64,000 bases of DNA from Malacoraja senta (taxonomy: Eukaryota), in NCBI GenBank assembly GCA_038087875.1, contig CM075991.1, positions 4,216,001-4,280,000 of the forward strand, given 5' to 3'. Shown here one piece after another: positions 1-13,800 of the stretch. Position 1 is the first letter of the stretch, and the number at the start of each line of letters is the position of its first letter. A program made the translations under genes and the position numbers. The notes below the pieces were generated by a model, which was not told the DNA's origin, did no database searches, and saw only the letters and a program-made list of their open reading frames with translations.

Positions 1-475
1 ACCTGTCCATTTTGCCCAAAATGCCCTTATTAGCCCAGGAGGAGCATTTTGGCTGGTGATGCTGCCTGTCCCACTGAGTTACTCCAGCATTTTGGGTCTA
101 TCTTTGGTTTAAACCAGCATCTGCAGTTCCTTCATACACATTGTGCATCTACCCAATCTATTCCTCTCATGATTTTATGCACATGAGTTTCATCCTCGAA
201 TGTCCCGATTCAATCTTATCCCCCCCTTGTCCAGTCCCGTTTGGCACACATCCAAGTCTCTCAAGATTCCAGCATCTGTAGTTCCTTGTGTCTACAAAGA
301 TACACATATTTTAGGATGGAAAGTGCATTTGCTGATTTTGGTGGAGTGCATTTGCTAAATTGGGCCATAAAAATCAGAATGGAATTATAAATTGTACAGC
401 ACAGTAATAGTGTGGCACAATGGCACAGCGGTAGAGTTGCTGCCTTACAGCCCCAGAGACCCAGGTTCAATCCAG

Positions 476-833
476 CAACGGACTGTTTCAGCTGCTACGG
501 TCAGGCAAACGCCTCCGGTTGCCATGCTGTGAGAACGGAGAGGATGAGAAGGAGTTTCTTCCCAGAGGCCATTAGGACTGTAAACTCCTACCTCACCAGG
601 GACTAACTTTACTGAACCATTCTACTGGGTTTTTTTAATTGCTGATTTTTTCCCCCTTTTTCCTTCCACCCACAATATTTAATATGTAAAAGAATATGTG
701 ATTCTGTTCCATTCTGTTTGTAGTTTGTTGGTTGTTTGTTTGTTTTTTTGCACAAAGTCCACGAGCGTTGCCACTTTTCATTTCACTGCACATCTCGTAT
801 GTATATGTGACGAATAAACTTGACTTGACTTGA
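476..833 (+). mobile_element. Rex1/Babar-type LINE 3' fragment
   Basis: C-terminal RTERMRRSFFPEAIRTVN peptide, then AATAAA and a (CTTGA)n tail. Confidence 0.7.
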
Positions 834-1483
834 CATGTCCCAGCTACGCTACCTGCTTTTGGTCCATACCTCCAAACCTGTCCTATCCATGTATCAGTCT
901 AACTTTTTCTTAAATGTTGGGATGGTCCCTGCCTCAACTACCTCCTCTGGAAGCTTGTTCCATACACCCATCACCCTTTGTGTGGATAAAGTTACCCCTT
1001 AAAAAGTTACCTCTTAAAAATACTTCATACAAAAAACATTAAAATCATACTTCTACAGTGCACTAAAACATGATTTTAATACATCAAATTTCAAAAAGTT
1101 CCTACCCTGGGAGGGGGGACACCCTTCTTCCACACCCTCTCCCCACTCGGTTGCTCCACTCCCTCAACGGGTAAACCCAAGGCCAATGATCAGTGATCGC
1201 ACAGCCTCCCCCCTCCAATCCAAAAACGCTCCAATCCAATTTAAAGCATATAATAAATATATTGTATTCAAGTGTAAGTTAAAAGACTCGCTACAGTATG
1301 TAACATATTGCACAATTTCAAGCTGAAAAATGCAAATGTTCTGTACCAATGGGAGGGGACACCCTCCTCCCCCCCCTCCCCCCTCCCGGTCGCTATGCTC
1401 CCTCGGGCTTGGTCTCTCTCAATTTCTCACTCCCAACTCTCACCCAATGTTGGCAGCTCTGAGCAATGTGTAATCAAAGTTAA

Positions 1484-1796
1484 AGCCCACGGTACGAGTT
1501 CATTCCAAGAGCTCTCCCGAGTTTGCCCTGATTCGAACTCGGAGATTTACGGTAATGGCCACTCGTCGGTTCTCGGGGCTCTCGTGGACATTTTTCAGGC
1601 ATGTTGAAACATCTTCACGAGTCTTCCTGTGCTTACCTGCCGTTAGCGAGTCTTCCCGAGTACCTGCCGTTAGCTCGAAGAGACTTCCCCGAGCTCCAAC
1701 GTACCCGCTACGTTCATTCTCCGTGCTTACCACGAGTTTGATTTTTTTTAAACTCGGGAGAGCTCTTGGAATGAACTCGCACCGTGGGACAGGGCT
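1484..1796. mobile_element. Non-autonomous DNA transposon (Harbinger-like MITE) with ~40-bp TIRs
   Basis: cccacggtacgagttcattccaagagctctcccgagttt ... aaactcgggagagctcttggaatgaactcgcaccgtggg; right end gtgggacagggct resembles the other MITEs. Confidence 0.75.
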
Positions 1797-2239
1797 ATTA
1801 GGGTTGGTATGGTGGCGCAGCGGCAGAGTTGCTGCCTTACAACGCCAGAGACCCAGGTTCAATCCTGACTACGGGTACTGTCTGTGCTAAGTTTGAGGTG
1901 ATGTGGACTTACCATCGGAGCCGATCCCTTGCCTGGGATCGACGCTCCAACTGCAGCCTGCGGATTTCACCATCGAGGACCTCGCAGTGTCGGGTAGAGA
2001 CCGATGTCGGGAAGCTCCAAACTACGCAGAAGTTTTGACGCAGAAGGGTTGAACTTTTTCTCGCCTTCCATCACAGTGAGGAATGTGGAGGAGTCGCTGT
2101 GGTCGATGTTCATGTTAAAATGTATTTTGTGTCTTTTGGTGCTTTTTAATGGTATGACTGTTATAGCAATTCAAATTCCTCGTATGTTACAAAACATACT
2201 TGCCTAATAAAGTATGATTATGATTATTCTGATTATTCC

Positions 2240-2825
2240 TTATGGGTTTATGGTTAAATCTGGTTGATTATTGGATATTGTGCATGTAAAGACATTAGAA
2301 ATACTTTTCCGAGTAGGAATTCCTGTTAGTATTCAAAACAATTTTAAATTAATGAAGGACATTATAATTTAAGAGGGTTGTGTATTTTTGAAACATGTAA
2401 AGTGAGATCCAATATAAAATACAGATGTGTCTCAGTTTTGGGAGTCAAATTATGGAACGGGCTTAGTGATGAGTTGACATTTTGTAGCTCTCTGTCGAGT
2501 TTCAAAAAAGCCTTAAAATGTAAAATAATTAAGGATTATAATGTAAAATGATTAAAATGTCAAATAAGTAAGGATTACAATTTAGTGTAATTTTTTTCTT
2601 TCCTTTGTAATGCTGATATTCTAGGTTATCTTATGGATTGTATAGGATAGGCAAAAATAAGCTTTGTGGCTTCAGTCTATTCCTTTTTCGGTCATTGATT
2701 ATGTGAACATTGTGTGAAATGGATACAGTGTTGGTTCATATTCACACAGATTGTAACGTTTTGTTCTTTTTAATGTATGACTGAAATAAACTATTCATTC
2801 ATTCATTCATTCATTCATTCATTCA
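2240..2825 (+). mobile_element. L2/Crack-like LINE 3' fragment
   Basis: peptide KVRSNIKYRCVSVLGVKLWNGLSDEL..SSFKKALK, AT-rich 3' UTR, AATAAA and (TTCA)n tail. Confidence 0.65.
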
Positions 2826-3629
2826 CCTCAGCCCTTGGCATGCATTTGAGATGTGTAGCTAACACCCGGGAGAAATATTCCATCTAATAAAGAGTATATT
2901 TTGTCATGCTATCCTAACCACCCTCTACCCTTCAGTGGTACAAACTGTTGCTACCATGTGTCGGTGGTGGAGAATGTGAATGGTTGTGGTTAGGGGCAGC
3001 TTTCAAGCAGGCTGTTGTATCCTGTACAATGTTGTTCGCAATCCTGACATGATCCATCCGCGATGTCAGGACATGCATTAACGCAGGCAAACAGGACTAG
3101 CTCAGATAAACATCTGGATCAGCATAACTCTGTGAGGCTGAGATTTATTCAGACACCAGCAGAGGAATTAGTCTGGAAGGTTTCTATCCCTGGCATTTTA
3201 CTTGCTCTGCAATAAAGTTCATTAAAACCTGTAAGATCACTTTGACGAAGGCAAACTTGAAAAAGCAGCATCTGAACACCCATCCTCATTGTGTGATAGC
3301 TCGATTGTAAATATGTTGTGTTTCCGCAGACTGGTTAGCATGCAACAAAGATGTTTCACTGTACACATGACAATAAGCTAAACTAAACTAAACTAAAATA
3401 TCTGTTCCCCACAGATGCTGCCAGGCCTGCTGAGTGTTTCCAGTAGTTTGTATCATTTTTTGTAAACCAGCATCTGCAGTTCCTTGTGTCTCCTCATTTC
3501 TCAATACTATGAGCTAGATTCTATATTTATTGATTTGAGAGATGTTGGCTTTGCAGGCTGAGCCTGCCTTTAATCGCCCATTCCTAACCACCTTTGTGAA
3601 GGGGGTGGAGTGAGTGAATGGCTGTGTTA

Positions 3630-4179
3630 AGGGCCTGTCCCATTTGGGCGACCTAATCCGCGAGTTCTGGCGAGTTTGCCCTCGACTCATACTCGCAGCA
3701 TGGTCGACACGAGGTCGTAGGAGGTCTTCGTAACTCTCCTTCATGCTCGAGAGTGGTCTCCGCGTACTTGAGGCCTCAGCTAGGTCGCGCCGTTTTTTCA
3801 ATATGTCAAAAAATGCCCACGAGTAAAAAAAGGTCGCCATGGAAAAAATCGATACTATTTTTACTGGTAGGTTTAGTCGTAGTAGTTCGTAGTAGGTCGG
3901 CATGTTAGTCATAGGTAATCGAGGGTAGTCTAAGGTAGTCGAAGGTAGTCGAAGGTAGTCGTAGATAATCTTCATCATAGTCGAAGGGAGGTCGAAGAGA
4001 GGTCGAAGGAGATCGAAGGAGGTCATCTTCACTCTCCACTATTTGGTGTCCAATTTTCCCGAAGTTAGTCGTAGCTAGTCAAAGCTGGTCTTCTACATAG
4101 TCGAAGGAGGTCTTCAACATGTCATTTTTTCAAACACTTCTAAACTCGCCAATTATGTCGCCCAAGTGGGACAGCCCCT
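3630..4179. mobile_element. PIF/Harbinger-type MITE
   Basis: TIRs agggcctgtcccatttgggcg / cgcccaagtgggacagcccct; TTA on both flanks; internal (GTAGTCGAAG)-like repeats. Confidence 0.85.
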
Positions 4180-5057
4180 TTAAAAAGGTTGTTAAAGAAA
4201 ATGTTAAAACAAAACACCAAGATCGAGCAAGCCAATCAAGACTTTATTTAAGAGCACCAAATACGGTGAGCAAAGATTTCATCTACTCCTTATATACAGA
4301 ATTTTCCTTTCAAGTGTTGTTCACTGTAGCAGACACTAGCATTTTCCCTTCTACAGAATGATCATATAACAATGACACAACAAGCACCTCCGAAAGACAC
4401 AGAAGAGTAAATACAGCCCAATTGAACCCCATTACAGAGAAGCAAATGTCCTGTTACCCTCTCGACCTTACTTTAGTGTTTTACGATTGCCATTTGCCCT
4501 TTGACAACAGAGAAGAGAACCTGACTATAGTAGACTGCAGTAAGTGTCCGATACACATGCTCAGTTTCAATCTTCAACCTTCTTTGAAGCACAGAATTAT
4601 TATGACAGATGAAGAGGACTTTAAGCATTTTTAGACACTCTACCTATCCCTGTCTTCTTGAAGCTTTGCAATTTAGTTTTGACAGGGTGCATATCAAGTG
4701 AGCTGTTCTATCCTGTCTGGTGGGAATGTCAGTTAAACAGACCATGTGAAGTAAAATGGAGTTGTCAGCTAAATCAGCAGCACAGCATTTCAAACCCTGC
4801 TTAGATAAATAAGTAGATGGTTTCGAAGAATGCTTGGGCTAATTCAAAGGGACCAGCAGATCATGAGGACACCTGCGAGTCCACTCAGAAAAGCTTTCCC
4901 AGAGACATCCGAGACCAGATTGGTTTCTGATAGGACACATAACTCACGCCATTAAGGTACCAAGGAGGATAGCTAGTTTCACACATAATCACCTGTTGTT
5001 CTTAGAGACAAGGATTATTAAATAAATACATGCTTCGACCATGAGAGAATGAGGTTC

Positions 5058-5101
5058 AGAGAGAGAGAGGGAGAGGAGAGGGAGGGGGAGAGGGAGAGGG
5101 A

Positions 5102-5190
<89 letters not shown>

Positions 5191-5228
5191 GGAGAGGGAG
5201 AGGGAGAGGAGAGGGAGAGGGAGAGAGA

Positions 5229-5276
<48 letters not shown>

Positions 5277-5484
5277 AAGAAAGAAAGAAAGAGAGGGGGA
5301 GAGGGAGAGAGAGGGACAGAGGAACAGAGGGACAGAGGGAGAGAGGGGAGAGGGAGAGGGAGAGGGAGAGGGGGAGAGATGGAGAGGGAGAGGGAGAGGG
5401 AGAGGGAGAGGGAGAGGGAGAGGGAGAGGGAGAGGGAGAGGGAGAGGGAGAGGGAGAGGGAGAGGGAGGGGAAGAGGGAGAGAG
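5058..5484. repeat. Polypurine (GA)n/(GAGAGG)n microsatellite
   Basis: directly visible. Confidence 0.98.
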
Positions 5485-5764
5485 ACACACACACAGGAGA
5501 CTTGACTCAAATACACAGAGGGGCGTGAGTTATTTTGTGTTGTTTCTTTATTGATAGTTGATAGTTGTTTGTGTTTTACTTGTATCTTGCTTGAATAAAT
5601 AGTTCATTGTGCTCATCACCATGTTCTTCCTCCATTCATTCATCCAAACCCTTGAATCCTGCATATATTTGATTACACATGGTTACTGGAGATACTTGAT
5701 TGGTGTTGAAAATGCACACAACCAGGCAGGCGGAGATTCTCCCATCACGATCCTGACTTCATCC

Positions 5765-5964
5765 NNNNNNNNNNNNNNNNNNNNNNNNNNNNNNNNNNNN
5801 NNNNNNNNNNNNNNNNNNNNNNNNNNNNNNNNNNNNNNNNNNNNNNNNNNNNNNNNNNNNNNNNNNNNNNNNNNNNNNNNNNNNNNNNNNNNNNNNNNNN
5901 NNNNNNNNNNNNNNNNNNNNNNNNNNNNNNNNNNNNNNNNNNNNNNNNNNNNNNNNNNNNNNNN
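5765..5964. other. Assembly gap (200 N)
   Basis: N run. Confidence 1.
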
Positions 5965-6024
5965 AATCTTTCGCCAGGGATAGAAATGTTCAACAATACT
6001 GGACATAGCTTTAAGGTGAGGGGG

Positions 6025-6232
6025 TACACAAAAGTGCTGGAGAAACTCAGCGGGTGCGGCAGCATCTATGGGGCGAAGGAAATAGACAATGTTTTGGGCC
6101 GAAACCCTTCTTCAGACAGTCTGAAGTTACTGTCTTGAGTCTGAAGAAGGGTTTCGGCCCGAAACGTTGCCTATTTCCTTCGCTCCATAGATGCTGCCGT
6201 ACCCGCTGAGTTTCTCCAGCACTTTTGTCTAC
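6025..6232. repeat. Palindromic Penelope-derived repeat containing a hammerhead-like motif
   Basis: left arm acaaaagtgctggagaaactcagcggg... is the reverse complement of the right arm; CTGAAGA-stem-GAAAC at 6141-6168. Confidence 0.85.
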
Positions 6233-7242
6233 CAGCACATTTAAGTGCAGGAACTAGAAAGATACAGATCATGTGCAGGAAGGAACTGCATCTGCTGATT
6301 TACACCGAAGATAGACACAAAATGCTGGAGTAATTCAGTAGCTCTGGAGAAAAGGAATGGGTGACGTTTTGGGTCGAAACCCTTCTTCAGGCTGCTGTTA
6401 ATCCAGAATTTTGTGTGGATTAAGATATGGATCACGTACAGGAAGGTAAGGTCAGTTTGACTTGGCATCATGTTCGGCACAAACATTGTGGGCGGAAAGG
6501 CCAATTCCTGTGCTGTCCTGTTGTATGTTCCATGTTCCAAATCCATCTGTTTTAACATGAATGACTAAATCTCCTCTCTTCTTTCTGCCAGCCTTTAGCA
6601 AGTGAGGAATATAAACCCCACACACCTTGTGCCCGCTCACCTTTCCACAACTGATATAATCACTGGCTCCTTCCCTGCAATATTCCCTGCAATCTTTGAG
6701 TCCAAAACCAATCTCTGTCTCCTTATGGGGAGAGGCCCGTTAACATAGCAAACCAGTAACCCCAGGCCTACCTGCTTGTGTGGAGTTTGCATGTTCTCCC
6801 TGTGACTACATGGATTTCCCCCCGGGTGCTCTGGTTTCCCCCCACATCCCAAACACAACGGGTCGGCCAGGATCGAGATGAAGAGGAACTCTTTCGCTCA
6901 AAGTCCGGTGAACCTTTGGAACTCCCTTTCCCAACTGGGTTGTAAGCTGGAAAATAGCGGGGAGGTAAAGATCAGCCTTAACATGAGGGCTGTCGGAACA
7001 GGCGCAACCAGGCTAAGGTTTGGAGGGAAGGTTCAGAGGGATATGGGCCAAACGCAGGCAGGTTGGACTAGCGCGAGTGGGGCATCTTGGTCTGCATGGG
7101 AAGGTTAGGCTGAAGGGCCTGATCTGTGTTGTATGACTATGAAACTATGAGTTGTAGAATTCAGTATTGAGTCGGGAAGGTGGCAACATGCTCAGACCAT
7201 ATATGAGGTGCTGTTAGGCTTCATTGTAACAGTGAAGGTGTT

Positions 7243-7672
7243 TGACAGCACTGTGCCTGTACTCGCTGGAGTTTAGAAGAATGAGGGGGAACCTAAATGA
7301 AATGTATCGAATAGTAGGAGGCTTGGGTCGAGTGGATGTGGAGAGGATGTTTCCACCAGTGGGAGAGTCTAGGCACTAGAGGTCACAGCCTCAGAATTAA
7401 AGGATGTTCCTTTAGGAAGGAGATGAGGAGGAATTTCTTTAGTCAGAGGGTGGTGAATCTGTGGAATTCTTTGCCACAGAAGGCTGTGGAGGCCGTCAAT
7501 GGATATTTTTCAGGCAGAGATAGATATTCTTGATTAGTGCAGGTGTCAGAGGTTATGGGAGAAGGTAGGAAAATGTTGCTAGGAGATAGACATAGTTCAG
7601 TCATGTTTGAATGGCGGAGTAGGCTTGATGTGCCAAATGGCCTAATTCTATTTCTCTCACTTAAGAGCTTGT
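7243..7672 (+). mobile_element. CR1/HER1-type LINE 3' fragment
   Basis: [27 protein letters not shown] peptide. Confidence 0.85.
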
Positions 7673-9909
7673 GACCTAAAGCGGTAGCTTATGGTGCTAT
7701 GAATATTGATTTCTTTAACTTTAAGTAACTCTTGCTTTCCCTCTCTCTCCATCCCGCCTCCCCCCCCCCCACCCCCACCCTAGTCCTCCTGATTAATTTT
7801 AACTGTTTGTATGCCTCGTTGTCACCTTCCCCTCAGCCAACAATGAACCGTTCTACATTTCCTTGGGCATCGTCTGCTTTGATCTGTTGTTTTCACACCT
7901 CACCTTACCATATCTCTAGTCTCCCCCTCCCCCTAACTCTCAGTCTGAAGAAGGGTCTCGGCCTGAAACGTCAGCCATTCCTTCCATCCAGAGATGCTGC
8001 CTGTCCCGCTGAGTTACTCCAGCATTTTGTGTCTGCCTTCAGTGAAGGCCACAGACTGGTCGGTCAACGTGAGAGTGGGATGGTGAATGCGGGTGGCAAG
8101 CAAACGGGAATTCAACTTAATGAGTTATAGGAGAAGAATTAGGCCTTTCTGCCCATGAAAGTCTACTCCGCCATTCAATCATGACTGATCCATCTACCCC
8201 TCTCAACCCCATTCTCCTGCCTTCTCCCCATAACCCCCGACATTCGTACTAATCAAGAATCTGGCAATCTCCATTGACTTGGCCTCCACAACCATCTGTG
8301 ACAATGAATTCCACAGATTCACCACCCTCTGACTAAAGAAATTCTTCCTCGACTCCTTTACAAAAGGTACATCCTTTTCTTCTAAGGCTGTGGCCTCTGG
8401 TCCTAGACTCTCCCACTAGTGAAAACACCCTCTTCACATCCACTCTATCCAGGCCTTTCACGATTCACAGAGGGTTGAATAAACATGACTTTTTAATTAA
8501 GAAAAGGTGATTAAGACGACAGCCATAGCCAGCTCTCGGAACATCTTGTTTACAGCGGGGCTGTGAATGTCCTTGTTGGTGATGGTGCAGTCCAACACAT
8601 GTTGTAACCTGACGAAGGAACCTGCTTTTAAGCCGATGATTCTCAATAAACAACTCTTGCCCCAGGCTAGTCAGCACGCACTATTTTTAGGTTTAGTTCA
8701 GAGATATAGTGGGGAAACAGGCTCTTCGGTCGACCGAGTTCGCGCTGACTAGTGATCCCCGTACGCTTGCACTATTCTACACATTAGGGACAATTTACAA
8801 TCTGTACCGAAGGCAATTAACCAAGAAAACTGTGTGTCTTTGGAGTGCGGGAGGAAACCAGAGATCTCGGAGAAAGCTCACTTAGTCACAGGGAGAACGT
8901 ACAAACTCTGTACAGACAGCACAGTAGTCAGGATCGAACCCGGTCTCTGGCATTGCAGACACCAACTCTCCTGCTGCTTGCAAAAGCTTCAGAGATGCAG
9001 CGTGGAACTGGCCCTTCGGCCCACTGAGTCCATGCCGACCAGCGATCACCTGGACACTAGCACCATCCTCCAAACTAGGGAAAATGTTACAGTTTACAGA
9101 AGAGATTTAACATGCAAATCTGCATGTCTTTAGAGTGCAGGAGGAAGCCAGAGCACCCGGAGAAAACCCACACGGTCATGGGGGGAAGGTTCAAACTCCA
9201 TATACACAGTACCCGTAGTCAGGATCGAACCCGGATCTCTGGCACTGTAAAGCAGCGACTTTATGGCTGTGCCACTCTGTTGCCCTACAATGCCCTATCT
9301 GTGTGACTCCTATCGGTGCCATCTAGGTGGTCTGATAACTGGTTGAGATTGTGGTCACGAACATTAACACCCTCCTGCTGTCAATGAGCTAATGTGCAAA
9401 CTTACTTGTAACTCAGACGGAGGCCATTCGGTCCATTAAGTCCATGCCTGTTCGCACTGAGCAATCGTATCAGACCCATACCCCCTTCATGTCTCCCCTC
9501 TACTCCGGCAACTTATCTGCCTCACAGTCGCATCAACTCCATCCCCCCCCCCTCTTGATTCTGCACACTCACCTAAGCTAAAACCCTCACGTCTTTGGAG
9601 TGTGGGAGGAAACCGGAGCACCTGGAGAAAACCCATGCGGTCACAGGGAGGACGTACAAACTCCATACGGATAGCACCGGTAATCAGGATGGAACCCGGA
9701 TCTCTGGTGCTTTGAGTCAATGGCGCAACTCCACTGCTGCCCTACTGTGCTGCCCTCTTCTTCTCCCTGGACCTACATCGAAATAATGGAGATTAATGGC
9801 CGAGGTCGTCGATCTCATTCAGCCAGCTCAGACCTTTGCCCAGAAAGTTGAGGGTCAGTTGTGAATGAGACCAAATGATTCCCGGTCTGCTGCATGGACT
9901 ATGTGTCAT

Positions 9910-10677
9910 AAGGCCATATAGGAGCAGAATTACATCATTGGGCCCGTCAAGTCTACTCCGCCATTCAATCATGGCTGATCTATCTCTCCCCTCCTAACCC
10001 CATTCTCCTGCCCTCTCCCCATAACCCCTGATACCCGTACTAATCAAGAATCTATCCATCTCTGCTTTAAAAATATCCATTGACTTGGCATCCACAGCCT
10101 TCTGTGGCAAAGAATTCCAAAGATTCACCATCCTCTGACTAAAGAAATTCCTCCTCATCTCCTTCCTACAAGAACATCCTTTAATTTCGAGCCTATGGCC
10201 TCTAGTCCTGGACTCTCCCACATCCTCTCCACATCCACTCCATCCACGCCTATCACTATTCGGTACATTTCAACGAGGTCCCCCCCTCATTCTAAACTCC
10301 AGCGAGTGCAGCCCAGTGCCGTCAAATGCTCATCATATGTTAGCCCCACTCATTCCTGGGATCATTCTTGCAAACCTCCTCTGGACCCTCTCCAAGGCCA
10401 GCACATCCTTCCTCAGATATGGTGCCCAAAACTTCTCACAAACATCCAAAATGCTGCCTTCCCCAGCACCTTATAGAGCCTCAGCATTACCTCCCTGTTT
10501 TTGTATTCTAGCCCGCTTGAAATAAATGCTAGCATTGCGTTAACCTTCTTTGCTACCGATTTGACTTGCAGATTAAATTTTTTGGAATCCTGCACCAGCA
10601 CTCCCAAATCCTTTTGCACCTCCGATTTCTGGATTCTCTCCCCATTTAGAAAATAGTCTACACCTTATTCCTACAAC
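9910..10677 (-). mobile_element. CR1/HER1-type LINE 3' fragment
   Basis: KDLGVLV..., SRTRGH...[15 protein letters not shown] on the minus strand. Confidence 0.85.
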
Positions 10678-10787
10678 CAAATTAATTGGTTAATGTTGAG
10701 CACCGCTTCATTGACCGGTTTTAAATGTACGTTTTCTGGGTGACTATATTGCTGACAATCCCCATGCCTATTTTCTGCCACATTTAG

Positions 10788-10864
10788 GATCACTGCTACT
10801 ACCATGGTTACATACAGGGTGAAGAAGATTCTTCGGCCAGCTTCAGCACCTGTGATGGGCTCAG
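10788..10864 (+). CDS. adam28: ADAM exon, prodomain [25 protein letters not shown]
   Basis: tttag| ... |gtaagg; 77 nt; classic ADAM prodomain CYYHG...STCxGL motif. Confidence 0.95.
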
Positions 10865-13800
10865 GTAAGGTCAGGACACCTGAAAAACCTCCCAGCCTGG
10901 GGCTCTACATTAACAAAGAAGCCATTCAGATAGTCATCGCGACATACAGCACGGAAACAGACCCTTCGGCTTACTGAGTCCATGTTCACCTTCAACCATC
11001 TATTTGCCCTGATTCTTTTTTTATGATCCTTTTCACATTCGTACTAATTCCTCCAAGATTTTATGGTGGTATATATGATCATGAGAGGAATAGATAGGGT
11101 AAAGGCACAGAGTCTTTTACCCAGAGTAGGGGAATCAAGAACCTGGGGACACAGGTTTATGGTGAGAGAGGAAAGATTGAATAGGAACCTGAGGGGCAAC
11201 TTTTTCACACAGTGGTGGGTATATGGAATGAGCTGCCCTGGGAGGCAATTGAGGTGGGTACTCTAACAACATTTTAAAGACATATGGACAAGGTACATGG
11301 ATAGGAATGATTTAGAGGGAAAAGGGCCAAATGCAAGTAGGCGGGACTAGTGCAGATAGAGCATTTTGGTTGGCTTGGGAAAGTTGGGTTGAAGAAACAG
11401 GCCCTTCGGCCCAAATTGCCCATGCTGACCAAGATGCCCCGTTAGTTCCACCTGCCTGCGTTTGGTTCATATCCCTCTAAACCTATCTATGTTTTTTTTA
11501 ACATTGTAGGACTCAATAACTCAATGACTATGACTATCCACACACTATGTCGGCTAATTAACCCCCCCAGCCCACACATCTTTGGGATATGGGAGAAGAT
11601 TGGAGCACCTGGAGGAGCACGCGCATGCACGTGCAAACTCCACACAGACTGCACCCGAGGTCGGGATTGAACCATTGGTCTCTGGTGCCGTAAGGCCCGC
11701 AGCTCGACCAGCTGTAACATTGTGCCACCAGATGGTTTGTAATGAGTGGCGCTAAAAGAATTAGCCTCGTTCGGTTGGACTGGCTGGTGCTGCCTTTGAC
11801 ATTCTTGGTTGCTTACAATTCTGACTATAGCCGGAGAGTCTGATATTATCTTTGGATCTTTGCCTTTCTTTTCAAGTGGTTACATCCGCACCAAGGGCCA
11901 ACGCTATCTGATGGAACCTCTGAAAGAATCAGCCAGCGATGAACATGCACTCTACAAATATGAAGAATCACGCTGCCTCAGAGCATGTGTGGCGTGGTCA
12001 ACACTTCGCAGGATAGCCTGGAGCCAAGAGTGGAAGAGACATTTGGCTCTGCAAGTGAGGTATCTCGAACCATAGAGTCATAGGATCACAGAACAGGCCC
12101 GTTGACTCATTTCATTCATGATGGCCAGATCTCAGCTCATCCTATTTCCCAGTGCTTGTTCCCATCTACACTAGTCCACCTGCCCGTGTTTGGCCCATAT
12201 TCCTCTAAACATTTCCTATCCATGTATGTCCAAATGTATTATGTAACGTCCAAATGGCGTAGTAGTATCTGTCTCAACTACCTCCCCTAGCACCTTATTC
12301 CATATGCCCACCAACCTCAGTGTGAAAAGGTTGCCCTATCCATGTACATGTCCACATATCTTTTAAATATTGTTATGGTACCTGCCTCAACTCCCCTGGC
12401 AGCTCATTCCATGTACCCATCAAAATCCGTGTGATTAAATAACCCCTCAGGTTCCTGTTAAATCTTTTCCCTCTCACCTTAAACCTATGTCCTCCAGTTC
12501 TTGATTCCCCTACCCTGGGTTAAAGATTATATGCATCTACCCTATATATTCCCCTCATGATCTAATACACCTCTCATCTAGGAATAGAGTCCTATCCGGC
12601 TATCCTCTCCTATAGCTCAGGCGCTCGAGTCCTGGCAACATCCGTGTAAATCATCCTCGTGAAGTGTGCATTGCTTGTGAAGCTGTTCTCTACATTGGGT
12701 TGGTTTCTTAATTGGTTGCACACTGCTTTTGTAACAATGAGAACAATGACACAGGACGTCACGGTGGCGCAGCGGTAGAGTTGCTGCCCTACAGCACATA
12801 CAGCGCCAGAGACCCAGGATCGATCCCGACTACTGGTGACAATAGACAATAGACAATAGACAATAGGTGCAGGAGTAGGCCATTCGGCCCTTCGAGCCAG
12901 CACCGCCATTCAATGTGATCATGGCTGATCATCCCCAATCAGTACCCGTTCCTGCCTACTCCCATATCCCCTGACTTCGCTATCTTTAAGAGGCCTATCT
13001 AGCTCTCTCTTGAAAGCATCCAGAGAATCCCGCCTCCACCGCCCTCTGGGGCAGAGAATTCCACAGACCACTCTCTGTGTGAAAAAGTGTTTCCTCGTCT
13101 CCGTTCTAAATGGCTTACTCCTTATTCTTAAACTGTGGCCCCTGGTTCTGGACTTCCCCAACATCGGGAACATGTTTCCTGCCCCTAGCGTGTCCAAACC
13201 CTTAACAATCTTATATGTTTCAATGAGATCCCCTCTCATCCTTCTAAACTCCAGAGTGTACAAGCCCAGCTGCTCCATTCTCTCAGCATATGACAGTCCC
13301 GCCATCCCGGGAATTAACCTTGTAAACCTACGCTGCACTCCCTCAATAGCAAGAATGTCCTTCCTCTAATTAGGGGACCAAAACTGTACACAATACTCCA
13401 GGTGTGGTCTCACTAGGGCTCTGTACAACTGCAGAAGGACCTCTTTGCTCCTATATTCGATTCGGTGCTGTCTGTACGGAGTTTATACGCTCCCCCCGTG
13501 ACCTGCGTGGGTTTTCTCCGAGATCTTCGGTTTCCTCCCACACTCCGAAGACGTCCAGGTTTGTAGATTAATTGGCCTGGTATAAGTGTAAATCTTCTTC
13601 TTTATCAAGTCCACATAGCAAGATTATAAATTGTTCAGCCAGAGCTGAACACACTTCTCGGCATCTGCACACAATGGCGTCTTGCGCTTCTTGTGCTTCT
13701 TGTGCGTGGTGGTGGAAAGATTGGTGGAAACAGGGCCGCGACGTGAACGCTCTTTCCTTGACCCCGTAAATGTAATCCATCCCCAGTCTGTGTGTTAATG

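Noticed and set aside
1020..1460. Possible hAT-like DNA transposon remnant (ends gttggcagctctg, internal repeat)
   Set aside because: Only one putative terminus and no TSD seen
3514..4032. 172-aa ORF on the minus strand
   Set aside because: Lies mostly within a MITE with internal short repeats; no transposase motifs
3880..4110. CRISPR-like spaced repeats
   Set aside because: Short degenerate tandem units inside a MITE with no unique spacers; vertebrate DNA
4511..4545. Possible small exon (acag|...|gtaagt) as a missing ADAM 5' exon
   Set aside because: No similarity to an ADAM signal or prodomain sequence; cannot be supported
4989..5528. Long ORFs of LS/ER/PS repeats
   Set aside because: Translations of the GA microsatellite
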